NCBI GenBank assembly: GCA_026416845.1
Contig: JAOAEL010000002.1
Location: 111,422 to 175,421, forward strand
Direction: 5' to 3'
From: Patescibacteria group bacterium
GTDB taxonomy: Bacteria > Patescibacteriota > Microgenomatia > UBA8517
Length of the DNA: 64,000 nt
Below the pieces are notes generated by a model that saw only the letters and a program-made list of their open reading frames with translations, did not search any database and was not told the DNA's origin. Shown piece by piece: positions 30,271 to 39,675 of the stretch. The position numbers were made by a program, and so were the translations under genes. The first letter of the stretch is position 1; each line of letters opens with the position of its first letter.

Positions 30271-31431
30271 CTATTTATTCTCTTCTACGCTTGATTTGGC
30301 AGTTAACCAAAACAAAACAACAAGTACCCCTGCGGCAAACACAATTCCCAACCAAGGCAAAAATTTATATCTTTCTGTTATTCTGCTATCAAGTAAGTCG
30401 CAAGCATCTCCCATACCATCCTCATCTGTATCAACTTGATTGGAATTGGCAACTTCAGCACAATTATCTTCGCTATTTACAACTCCATCCACATCAAAAT
30501 CTTCGCAAGCGTCACCTTTGCCATTCATATTAAGATCTTTTTGATCAGGATTATTGACAGATGGACAATTGTCGCCAGAATCAACTATACCATCACCATC
30601 AGCATCTAAAGGGCGATATTCTGGATTAGAAAAAGAAACTCCCAGTTGCATCACCTTCACATCCTGAGTCGAAGGAATGTTACCTAATTCACCACTAAAA
30701 GGAACTGAAATATACTTCTCCGAATCAAAATATATTTTATAATTGCGACCCGGTTGGGCCAAAAAACGCAGATAATTCACATTTGTAACACTTCCTTCTT
30801 GATTAAATTTTAATTCGGTAATGCGCAAAGGTTGACTGTAACCCAATCTAATAGTCCAAAATTTCGAGGAAACTTTTGGGAACAACACCTTTCCAGAAAC
30901 AAAAGCAGTTCGCGCCAATATGATTCTATTTTGTCCATCTACATCAGCAAATATTTCAATAGCGTGAGGCAAAGAAACATTCTCATCAAAAGTAAATACC
31001 AAAGAAGAAGCGGTAAATGGTTTATCAGAAATTGCGTTGATAACAACTTCTCCCAAACCAGATTGTGGTAATTCAAACGATTCATATGTAGCAGGATTAT
31101 TATCAGCAAGCTTATACAAAAAGGTGTTGCCTGATTTAAAACTTACAATCTCGATAATAGAACTGGTTTTTATTGAAAAGTAAGATGGAACTATAGTGTT
31201 TGAGGAAATATCCAAAACAGCTGGAGGATTATTCGCAACTGACAAATCTTCAAAAAGAACTTCCACCACAGTTGGAACATTTACCTCTGGTGACAATAAA
31301 GCATATTTGCGAAACGCAGAAAGTTCTGAATTAACTTCTTTAACTGGAATATCATCAAGAGCCAAAACCTGAAAAGGGAAAACAAAACAAAAAACAAACA
31401 AATATATTAGGATTGAAAACACTTGCTTCAT
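30271..31431 (-). CDS. secreted thrombospondin type-3 repeat (calcium-binding) protein with C-terminal TM anchor
   Basis: N-terminal signal peptide; tandem DxDxDG…D repeats (DADGDGIVDSGDNCPSVNNPDQKD…, EDFDVDGVVNSEDNC…, DTDEDGMGDACD); C-terminal hydrophobic anchor. Confidence 0.65.
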   Translation of the reverse strand: MKQVFSILIYLFVFCFVFPFQVLALDDIPVKEVNSELSAFRKYALLSPEVNVPTVVEVLFEDLSVANNPPAVLDISSNTIVPSYFSIKTSSIIEIVSFKSGNTFLYKLADNNPATYESFELPQSGLGEVVINAISDKPFTASSLVFTFDENVSLPHAIEIFADVDGQNRIILARTAFVSGKVLFPKVSSKFWTIRLGYSQPLRITELKFNQEGSVTNVNYLRFLAQPGRNYKIYFDSEKYISVPFSGELGNIPSTQDVKVMQLGVSFSNPEYRPLDADGDGIVDSGDNCPSVNNPDQKDLNMNGKGDACEDFDVDGVVNSEDNCAEVANSNQVDTDEDGMGDACDLLDSRITERYKFLPWLGIVFAAGVLVVLFWLTAKSSVEENK

Positions 31432-33164
31432 ACATCAGCCTTCCTTTGTGGTCTACCTATAAAAGCAGTAGCAACAAGCAAAATTCCAATCAAGAAAAAT
31501 GTAACTATTCTTCTGGCAAGCGCCATACCCCACACATCAACAAGCAAAAGTCTCAACACAACTCCTCCTAAAGTAATTCCACCATAAATCAAAAACACTC
31601 GCGAGTCTGTAAACTTTCCATAAAAATATTTTACTAATCCGGCAAGCGTATAAAAGACAAGTGCAGTAGCTGTTGCGGTGTCATCATTTTCGATAATAGC
31701 ATGCAAACAAAGCCAAACAAGAATGTAAAAATATACGCTTCCTGCAATAATTAATGTCCTATAAACATACCTATTTTGATCACCCAATTGCAAAATAATC
31801 TGCCTTAATTTAAAACCTAAAATTATTAAGGAAATTCCCAAAACAGCAATTACAAAAAAGTGTCCATGAAGTATACCTTTTAACCATTCATTTGCGGTAA
31901 TGCTGGGCAAGGAAAGAAATCCGGGCGCTAAAAGCAATAGGCACAACATCTTTGTAGTTTTTAAATCTTTTGTGATTGAATAATTTGCCAGTGGAACAAG
32001 AGCCATTTGCACTGTTAACGCAAGCGTTAATGAATAACCATTTAATTCAGCGGATATTGCCGCTGTCAACATAGCAAGACCAACCGACGCCATAGCATAA
32101 AATGATTCTTTTTTCTGATTCTTTTTATAAACCAAAAACGCGCCCGTCAAAAACACAATCATCCACGAAGATATAATTAAACTTCTCCACTCAACTGGAG
32201 CAACACTCATTATCCAAGCCAAAAGAAGCAAACCATTTCCCACTGACAAAACTAGATCTGAACGCGAAATTTGGGCATTGGTTTTTAACAAACCTAGAGT
32301 TGAGAAAACAAAAAATATTGCCGCAAAAAAATAAGCATACAAAAGCAAAATATTCTTATCTGGTGTAAGTCGCAAAAAATGCGGAACGCTATAAATAGCA
32401 AAAACTAAAAGTGATGCCACCAAAACTCCACGAATTTTTGAGACCAATGATACCCAAATAGAACCAAATATCACCACCGCAAGATACGTGAAAAGTCCAA
32501 CATAATCTTTAACTGGAGAATTAACACACAAAGGCAAAGCCGAAGATAAAAAAACACTAACATAAGCTAACCAACGAATATTATGTCTAATACTTGAAAA
32601 AGCTATGAAAACACATGTTAAAAACATTACTAAAAGAGCGCTTGTTGGAGTAAAGAAATTGTAAATAACTCTTGCGGCATAAAGAGTCATAATGACTACC
32701 GCTGATCCCAAAACCATAAACACACTGCCTTGTTGCAAATATTTTTTCGATCTTAAAAATCCAAACAACAAAAGAGCAGATCCCACTAAAACTCCAAAAG
32801 TGATTCTCCCCATTGGGCCAATCCAGTTATTCAAAAACGCATAAGAAACAAACCAACCAAAACCAATCAAAATCAAAAGGGACCCTAATTTAAGCAACCA
32901 ATCTTCTTTAAGCCATTGAGTAAATTTGTCAATAAAAACATCTTCCTGAAAATGCGGTTTTCTAGATTCAAAAACAGAGAATGTTGAAGCGTTTTTATCA
33001 ACCAAAGGTTTTTTATCAAAAGAAACCTCTTTTGAAGTTGATTTATCGCGATTTAAAGATTCATTTGTAAAAACTTTTTCTTCAAGTTTTTTTATTCTTT
33101 CACCTAAACTAATAATGTAAAAGACAAAAGCTACAAATACTACAAACCAAACAAAGGCAAACAT
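31428..33164 (-). CDS. large polytopic membrane protein (>=12 TM), hypothetical
   Basis: 578 aa almost entirely hydrophobic helices after an N-terminal coiled segment; 4-bp overlap with TSP3 gene suggests co-transcription. Confidence 0.5.
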   Translation of the reverse strand: MFAFVWFVVFVAFVFYIISLGERIKKLEEKVFTNESLNRDKSTSKEVSFDKKPLVDKNASTFSVFESRKPHFQEDVFIDKFTQWLKEDWLLKLGSLLILIGFGWFVSYAFLNNWIGPMGRITFGVLVGSALLLFGFLRSKKYLQQGSVFMVLGSAVVIMTLYAARVIYNFFTPTSALLVMFLTCVFIAFSSIRHNIRWLAYVSVFLSSALPLCVNSPVKDYVGLFTYLAVVIFGSIWVSLVSKIRGVLVASLLVFAIYSVPHFLRLTPDKNILLLYAYFFAAIFFVFSTLGLLKTNAQISRSDLVLSVGNGLLLLAWIMSVAPVEWRSLIISSWMIVFLTGAFLVYKKNQKKESFYAMASVGLAMLTAAISAELNGYSLTLALTVQMALVPLANYSITKDLKTTKMLCLLLLAPGFLSLPSITANEWLKGILHGHFFVIAVLGISLIILGFKLRQIILQLGDQNRYVYRTLIIAGSVYFYILVWLCLHAIIENDDTATATALVFYTLAGLVKYFYGKFTDSRVFLIYGGITLGGVVLRLLLVDVWGMALARRIVTFFLIGILLVATAFIGRPQRKADV

Positions 33165-33223
33165 AAATTAACAAACCAAATTAGATGCAACTACACTAAA
33201 TTTTATTTAAATAAAATCCCAAG

Positions 33224-33309
33224 TGTCAAGGATAGGATTCGAACCTATGTAGCCCGTACGGGCGCCAGATTTACAGTCTGGTGCGTTTGACCGCTCCGCC
33301 ACCTTGACA
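33224..33309 (-). tRNA. tRNA-Tyr (GTA) with long variable arm
   Basis: Cloverleaf readable: acceptor GTCAAGG/CCTTGAC, anticodon loop CTGTAAA, long variable arm CGCCCGTACGGGC, T-loop TTCGAAT. Confidence 0.85.
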
Positions 33310-33367
33310 TCAAACATTCAATTTGCCTTTTCCTTAGGCTAATTTGATCCAAAAAAAGGGAAATTTG

Positions 33368-33439
33368 AGCCGTCTCCGGGTATCGAACCCGGGACCCCCT
33401 GTTTACAAAACAGGTGCTCTACCGCTGAGCTAAGACGGC
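33368..33439 (-). tRNA. tRNA-Thr (TGT)
   Basis: Acceptor GCCGTCT/AGACGGC, D-arm TAGCTCAGCGGTAGAGC, anticodon loop TTTGTAA, T-loop TTCGATA. Confidence 0.85.
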
Positions 33440-33527
33440 TTAATTACTCGCACTAGAATTCAACAAAGTTTGCACAAATCTAGTCTTAGATTATATCAAA
33501 GTTGGAAAATGCATTCATTAGTTTAAA

Positions 33528-34523
33528 TTAGTTCAAAGTTGCATCAGAAACTATTATGGGCTGTCCAACTTTTTCGATGTAAGTATTATACTCCTTAATC
33601 CCAACAATTTGAGTATTTTCAAAAACAATTTTGACAAGTTTTCCTTTTTTCGTCTTTTCACTCCACATTTGATCAAAAACAAAATTCCCTAGAGAATAAA
33701 ATACAGGTACTCCTGCAATTTCCTCATAATCCTGCACAACATGCGGATGATGTCCTATTATGACATCTGCTCCCAAGTCAACAATCTCTTTCGCCAAATC
33801 TTTTTGCCCGCTATTTGCATAATCCTGATACTCCACACCCCAATGCATAGACACAATCAATACATCAACTTTTATGTTTGCCTCTGATATTAATTCCTTC
33901 TCCGCTTGAGTTAAAACCGGCTTTGGGATTTGCGACTTGTCAAATCCCAAAAAACCAAATTTAACACCATTTGACACTATAATCTCTATCTCGCCAACTC
34001 CGGTGTATCTTATCCCAGTTTCGTCAAGAATCTTTCTAGTTTCTGCCAAACCTTTCGTGCCATAATTCATGGTATGATTGTTGGCAAGACTTACAACATC
34101 TATCCCTGCTTCTTTAATCGCTTTTGCAAAATCTGCCTTAGCGCAAAAAATAAAACCTGTATTATGAATAGGACAATCAGAAATTATAGGATTCTCCAAA
34201 TTGACAAAAGTAATATCAGCTGAAGATAAAAATTCTCTAGTCTTTAAGAATGGATAATGAACGCTACCATTATTCAATGCTTGAGTTTGCACGCTCCTTC
34301 CAATCATAACATCGCCAGCGAATATTAAAGTATTATAATTAATAATAGTTAGGTAACTTCGATTAATCTTAACAGGCAATAATTCTTCAGTTTCAATTTT
34401 ATAATTGCGAGAATTATCTAAAAAAGAAGCGGCAAAGAAAGATAAAAGGAATACAAAAAAAAGAAAAACAGACAAAAGAAGCTTAAACACAAAATTACTT
34501 ATACTGCTGCATAGCAAAAGCAA
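33528..34523 (-). CDS. CapA/PgsA-family metallophosphatase (poly-gamma-glutamate/capsule synthesis-type)
   Basis: N-terminal TM; …VDVLIVSMHWGVEYQDYANSGQKDLAKEIVDLGADVIIGHHPHVVQ… matches CapA (PGA_cap) metallophosphoesterase motifs. Confidence 0.75.
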   Translation of the reverse strand: MLLLCSSISNFVFKLLLSVFLFFVFLLSFFAASFLDNSRNYKIETEELLPVKINRSYLTIINYNTLIFAGDVMIGRSVQTQALNNGSVHYPFLKTREFLSSADITFVNLENPIISDCPIHNTGFIFCAKADFAKAIKEAGIDVVSLANNHTMNYGTKGLAETRKILDETGIRYTGVGEIEIIVSNGVKFGFLGFDKSQIPKPVLTQAEKELISEANIKVDVLIVSMHWGVEYQDYANSGQKDLAKEIVDLGADVIIGHHPHVVQDYEEIAGVPVFYSLGNFVFDQMWSEKTKKGKLVKIVFENTQIVGIKEYNTYIEKVGQPIIVSDATLN

Positions 34524-34650
34524 TTACACCTAAAAAAAACACTGAAAAAATGAAACAAATTATCAACGAATGTAAAAATGTATAATCTTTTTTAATTTTT
34601 TTTGCCATACATTCCTTAAATTTTTTTATTTACTTTTATTTACATTGAAA

Positions 34651-35628
34651 TTATAATGCTAACGCAACTGCAAAAACAAGAACTAAAATTCCAAATACCA
34701 CACCTAAAACAGTCGGCATTGAAATGCCAGCATCAGGCAATTGAGATTTAGTTGGAGTAAAAGTTGGATCTTGATTATTAGTTGAACTAGTAGGAGTCAC
34801 TGTAAAACTGGGCACAGGCGTACTTGTTTTTGAAACTTTTTTGGTAAGTGTAACTGATGAAGTACTAGTCAAAACTGGAGTCGAAGTCAAAGTTAGAGTT
34901 GGGATATTAGTAGGTGAAACTGGAGAAGGGGTCACTGTAGATGTCATGCTCAAAGTAGGTGTAGCAGTTTCACTAGGATTATTGCTGGAAGAAAGTATAG
35001 TATATGTTCCCTGCGATTGAGGAATAAGCAAAATATCTTGATTATCAATTCTTCTAGTAATAACACTTTCACTAGGATCAAACCTTAATACAAAAGGGTT
35101 ATTAGATGGAACTCTATTAACTCTAAACTGGATAGTAGCTAATTTAAAATCTGAATTTGTACTAAACCCAGAAGAACTAGTATTTGCACAAGCAATATCT
35201 ATCAAGACATTACCACCTTGTTGTGTTGCATTTTGAGTAGGACAAGTCCAATCACCAGTAGACAAAAATTCTTGATCTATTTGAATACTAGTAACACTCA
35301 CTTCAGGGAAAACCCCTGTAAAAGGATAAACTAGCTTTACAGCAATTCCTGAGATTGGTATGCCTGAGGTATTAAACTTTATTTCAGTAGAAATTGTATC
35401 TCCCACATTAAAATTTCCTGTAGCAGGAGTTATATACACATTTGCCTGTCCTCTACTTACAGCTGCTTTTTCACGCAAATCTTGTTGCTCTTGAAGCAAA
35501 TACAAACCAGCAGCAAAACCAGAGACAGCTACAACTATCATCAAAGTTACAACCACTATCTTTTTTACAGACATAATAGGCAACCTACTTTGATTAAAAA
35601 GTACTAAAAAAAGTATTTCAAGTAGCAA
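34651..35628 (-). CDS. cell-surface protein: N-terminal anchor/signal, folded domain, Thr/Ser/Pro-rich stalk, C-terminal LPDAG + TM
   Basis: 325 aa; TPT/TST low-complexity region; terminal …SQLPDAGISMPTVLGVVFGILVLVFAVALAL. Confidence 0.55.
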   Translation of the reverse strand: MLLEILFLVLFNQSRLPIMSVKKIVVVTLMIVVAVSGFAAGLYLLQEQQDLREKAAVSRGQANVYITPATGNFNVGDTISTEIKFNTSGIPISGIAVKLVYPFTGVFPEVSVTSIQIDQEFLSTGDWTCPTQNATQQGGNVLIDIACANTSSSGFSTNSDFKLATIQFRVNRVPSNNPFVLRFDPSESVITRRIDNQDILLIPQSQGTYTILSSSNNPSETATPTLSMTSTVTPSPVSPTNIPTLTLTSTPVLTSTSSVTLTKKVSKTSTPVPSFTVTPTSSTNNQDPTFTPTKSQLPDAGISMPTVLGVVFGILVLVFAVALAL

Positions 35629-35726
35629 ATTAAACTAATAAGTTTTTAAAACTTACAAAATTGTAAAATAAATATTAGAATTAGAAGCTTAAGTTAAAGT
35701 ATTTTCAAATTAATACATAACAAAAA

Positions 35727-35798
35727 GCCTAAGTAGTTCAGTGGTAGAACGCTTTCTTGGTAAGAAAGAGGTCGCGGGTCCGATTCCCGCCTTAGGCT
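35727..35798 (+). tRNA. tRNA-Thr (GGT), atypical T-loop
   Basis: Acceptor GCCTAAG/CTTAGGC, D-arm GTTCAGTGGTAGAAC, anticodon loop TTGGTAA; T-loop reads TCCGATT (C at the normally invariant U55). Confidence 0.7.
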
Positions 35799-36116
35799 CT
35801 AACAAAAAACTAAAATTCAATTCAATTACAAAGTTAACTAAATCATTTACCAAGAGACTAATAATGCATCTTGTTCATTTCTTACTTTACTTTAATTATT
35901 TAAATTATTTAGAAGTATTTAATTTATTAGAATCCTAGGTCTGAAGAAAAAATTTTAGTTATTAGTTATAAAATCCTTAGCTATTAACTATAAAAAAATG
36001 AATTGCAAGATAAAAATTTCAAGGTAGATTTAATTTTAAGATCTGATATACTAAAAAAGTAAAAATATATAATTCAAAACCTAAAATTTCATTTAATAAA
36101 CTCAAATTTTATTACC

Positions 36117-36290
36117 ATGAGTAAAAAAGGCGGCAGAGAAATAATAGGATTAGTTTGCTCTGAATGCAAATCACAAAACTACGTCACCCAGCGTAATAAG
36201 GTAAATATTCAAAAAAAACTGGAAATTAACAAATTTTGTAAAAGGTGTCGCAATATAAAGCTCCACAAAGAAGTTACAAAGCTAAAATAA
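36117..36290 (+). CDS. rpmG: 50S ribosomal protein L33
   Basis: 57-aa ORF below the ORF-track cutoff: MSKKGGREIIGLVCSECKSQNYVTQRNKVNIQKKLEINKFCKRCRNIKLHKEVTKLK; CxxC…CxxC zinc ribbon and spacing typical of L33; lies between tRNA-Thr and tRNA-Trp. Confidence 0.8.
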   Translation: MSKKGGREIIGLVCSECKSQNYVTQRNKVNIQKKLEINKFCKRCRNIKLHKEVTKLK

Positions 36291-36712
36291 AACTTAAATT
36301 TAAATCAAGCTTCTATCTAAATCTAATCAGAATACCAAAATACCAACAATAAAATAAAAAGAAAAGTTTCAAATGCTAATACTCTACTATTTTTTTTAAT
36401 TCATACACAATTAACTTGTTTGTTACAAAAATAAGCTTGCCTGTCTGTCGTTCAAATCATCAAATACATATGAATAAAACAAAAAACACCAAAAACAATT
36501 TAGAAAATTTAGAGCAATTTATTAAAATTTTTTACCACAAATTGTTTAGTATAAAAAAATTTTAATTTGATATGTGTTATCCAATCACTAATTACTCTTT
36601 TTGGTTAGTAAAATTAATAAAACAAATAATAACATCAAACTCTAATGTATTATAATTGCAATATTATCAGCAAACTTTAAATTATTCTAAAAAATTTTAT
36701 TCAACTAAAAAT

Positions 36713-36783
36713 AGGGGTGTCGTTCAGTGGTAGGACAGCGGTCTCCAAAACCGCCAACGAGTGTTCGATTCACTCCACCCCTG
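36713..36783 (+). tRNA. tRNA-Trp (CCA)
   Basis: Acceptor AGGGGTG/CACCCCT, anticodon loop CTCCAAA, T-loop TTCGATT. Confidence 0.85.
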
Positions 36784-36795
36784 CAAATTTAGCAA

Positions 36796-36816
36796 AAAAC
36801 GAATTTTTCGTTTTTG
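36796..36816 (+). terminator. AT-rich hairpin following tRNA-Trp (weak terminator candidate)
   Basis: AAAACGAA-TTT-TTCGTTTT perfect 8-bp stem; no separate U-tract. Confidence 0.25.
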
Positions 36817-36855
36817 AGATGAATTATCAGAAAAAAACTGATAAAATTAGTTGCT

Positions 36856-39174
36856 ATGACTACAGAATCAACTCCAAACCAACTATCCTTGATAAAAGCT
36901 CTAGAAAATTTCTATCCTCCAATTGATAAACACACACAAGCTCCCACTTGGCATGGGTCTCAAGAGGTAGATCAAGCTATGATTGAATTCTATCAACGTT
37001 TTAGTGATTTTCTTGAGTCTCTCCCTGAAGCTAAACCTAATACCCCAGATGTACAAAACAATGAAAACAATATCAAAGTCGTATTATCGCCACGTATAGT
37101 TAATGATCTCAATAATCCCAATGAGCGAAAATGGACCATTATACCAACTTATAAACTGCCAGATGGAACCACAATCTCGTTTTTCGCCCAAACTGATCAC
37201 CTAAGGCCCGAGATAACACTTCCCGGAGATGTCATACCAATGGGATATGGTCACGAAGCTAATCGGGATAACATGTTATATGTTTTGACACAGATTGAAT
37301 CACACCCTGAATGGAGGCTGTCTACCCCAACCCTTGATACAAGAGGTCTCGAAGAAATCTTTCTGAGACAAGCGCTAGAAAACAATCTAGATATCATCAA
37401 ACCAGAAAGCCTAGAATTAGAAAAAGCAATCAGCGCAATTCCCGCATCTGTAAAAGATCATCTGCAAATACCAGCTGATGTTAATGCGCAATTATATCCC
37501 TCGGAAAGCTATCTTTTGTATGCCCTCAGAAATCGTCCAAGAGAAGTCGAAAAACTTGTAACAATATCTTTGACAGAAATTTCCGAAGAAAATACAAAAG
37601 CCTTGCCAATAGGATACAAAAACTACGGGGTTCAAGTAATAACCTCAAGACAAGCGGATCAAGTTACCCTACCTCTTGACACAAGCCAAAAAAGCTCGTT
37701 TGAGATACTGTCAGAAATAATGGAAAGGGATTCAGGGGAATTAAATTTAATAATTACTCAAGAATTCTACGAAAGTTACCAAACTAGGATTTCAAAAGAG
37801 ATAGAAGAAATACTTAGATTTTTAGCTATGAGCATTGATGTAAGCGATGGTATAAGGCAAAAGGCAATAACTTTAATCAAGCAAATCAGATCAATCAGAA
37901 AACCAGATTTGCAAACATCTGGTGTACATTACAGGGGTCCTGTTTATGAAATAGAACAAAAAGCTTCACAGAAAGCCAGAAAAGATTTGGGGGTTGTTAT
38001 GCAAGTAAAAGCATTTTTTGAAGACCATAAAGAGTTAGAACCTTTAATGGTATCCGGGCAAAATACCACAGCAGTCAGAGTAACCAACTATCTTAATGAG
38101 ATCGTATCAATAATGACTGATTTAGAGAGACAAGAAGTATCGGATAATTTAAAAAATCTTTTGAAAGGAAAAACCGCCACAGGAAATTTGGCGCAAGAAA
38201 CACCAACTACAATAAAAATTGAAGATTTTAGCGGAGGTTTAATAGCTCCAAGCTATAAAAGTCTATCAGCAGAAATAGCTTGCGCCAGCCTCGAATTAGT
38301 AATTGATATAAAAAGTAGCCAACCACGCTATTACTTGAGAATAGGGAGTAAAAAAACAATAATAAACAATCAAAAAGCTCGCGAACTAGCCAAATCCAAA
38401 GGTCTTGAAGAATTAGCAGAAGCTCACTTTGACGGACTTTTTGCCACATTGCCAAACGGTGAAACAATTTTGCTACCAAATGGCAGTTATTACCTGAATC
38501 CTAAAACTGGTCTTGCAATTTATTCAGAAAATGTCACTAAAAGAAACAAAGAAGAAGATAAAAGACTAGTATCGGAAGAATTATTGAAACTAAATCCGTC
38601 GCTTGATGAAACTAAAAAAGCCCAAGCGGCAGAACTCATAGTTGCTCGTTCTTACCAAACAGTTTCAGCCAATCCAGAAAGAATGATCAAACTAATTCGC
38701 GATCTAGCAGAAATAATCAATCAGAAAACGCCAACAGCATACGAAGAAGTTGACTTTACAGAATTGGCTACAGCTTTTGTCCCATATCATTCAAATCAAG
38801 AGGGACTAAATGAAGAAAAATTTTCGCTCTTTTGCTCCCTTTTTGGCATTGACGAAAATGAAATTTCCACATGGTGCTTGAACGGGCAAGGAATAACCTT
38901 TCGTCTGTATAAAATCAAAGGCTCAGACAATATGTACCTTGGTGTATCAATGTTAAAAACTGACTCGCCTAATCGAAACAATGTCATAGCATATAGTTAT
39001 ATTCATGGAAAAGATCTGGAGGCTTTGGTTGCAAATTCCAAACAACAAATGATTGCTATAGGCGTGCCAGAAAGAGATATAGAAGAAAGAAACCCAGAAG
39101 AAACCATTGGCATATCTGATCCTAATAAAGGGTATACTCTCAGAGAAGCAATCCAATCGATATTTGGTAAATAA
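36856..39174 (+). CDS. large orphan hypothetical protein (772 aa, soluble, acidic)
   Basis: Long uninterrupted ORF beginning 72 bp after tRNA-Trp; no TM, no signal peptide, no motif I can recognise. Confidence 0.6.
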   Translation: MTTESTPNQLSLIKALENFYPPIDKHTQAPTWHGSQEVDQAMIEFYQRFSDFLESLPEAKPNTPDVQNNENNIKVVLSPRIVNDLNNPNERKWTIIPTYKLPDGTTISFFAQTDHLRPEITLPGDVIPMGYGHEANRDNMLYVLTQIESHPEWRLSTPTLDTRGLEEIFLRQALENNLDIIKPESLELEKAISAIPASVKDHLQIPADVNAQLYPSESYLLYALRNRPREVEKLVTISLTEISEENTKALPIGYKNYGVQVITSRQADQVTLPLDTSQKSSFEILSEIMERDSGELNLIITQEFYESYQTRISKEIEEILRFLAMSIDVSDGIRQKAITLIKQIRSIRKPDLQTSGVHYRGPVYEIEQKASQKARKDLGVVMQVKAFFEDHKELEPLMVSGQNTTAVRVTNYLNEIVSIMTDLERQEVSDNLKNLLKGKTATGNLAQETPTTIKIEDFSGGLIAPSYKSLSAEIACASLELVIDIKSSQPRYYLRIGSKKTIINNQKARELAKSKGLEELAEAHFDGLFATLPNGETILLPNGSYYLNPKTGLAIYSENVTKRNKEEDKRLVSEELLKLNPSLDETKKAQAAELIVARSYQTVSANPERMIKLIRDLAEIINQKTPTAYEEVDFTELATAFVPYHSNQEGLNEEKFSLFCSLFGIDENEISTWCLNGQGITFRLYKIKGSDNMYLGVSMLKTDSPNRNNVIAYSYIHGKDLEALVANSKQQMIAIGVPERDIEERNPEETIGISDPNKGYTLREAIQSIFGK

Positions 39175-39675
39175 AGATCATCTTACAAAAGTCAGGTGGT
39201 GGCAAGGTATATCCCTAAGGTATATCCCTAAAGATTTTGTATTTACAGAGAACAAGAAGCAGTTCACGATGGATACTGAAAAGTGGTAATCCATAAAAAA
39301 AATTTATGCAAAAAGTCAAATCTTCACCATTCTAAAATAATATTCCTCTTACTAGCTCCAATCCAATTTCCCTTTTGGTTTTTTTGTATATCAATCTCTG
39401 TTTAAAGAGACATTAACGTCAAAAAATTATGTTTTTAATAATGGCAAAGATTTGCTTTTAGGATTTAACGATCCTCACGCGGGATATTTTAAAATTATTA
39501 TCAAAAAAGAAAATTGGGATAATTTTGGAAGTGATTTTGGCTCGGAAATTGGAAGAAATAAAGAGAGTTTATACAAAGAAGGAGATAATGTAACGGCAAA
39601 CGGGAAAATACAATGGTATCAAGGAGATCCTGTTATATACGTCTCTAATCCATCACAAATAAAAATTAAAAACAA

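Noticed and set aside
35801-36116. AT-rich short repeats (ttagttataaaa / taactataaaa) between tRNA-Thr and rpmG
   Set aside because: Low-complexity A/T repeats expected in an AT-rich intergenic region; no regular spacing or conserved repeat unit that would indicate CRISPR or an operator array.
39206-39231. Tandem 13-bp direct repeat aggtatatcccta x2
   Set aside because: Only two copies, no spacer structure; not CRISPR-like; probably trivial slippage duplication in a 3' UTR.
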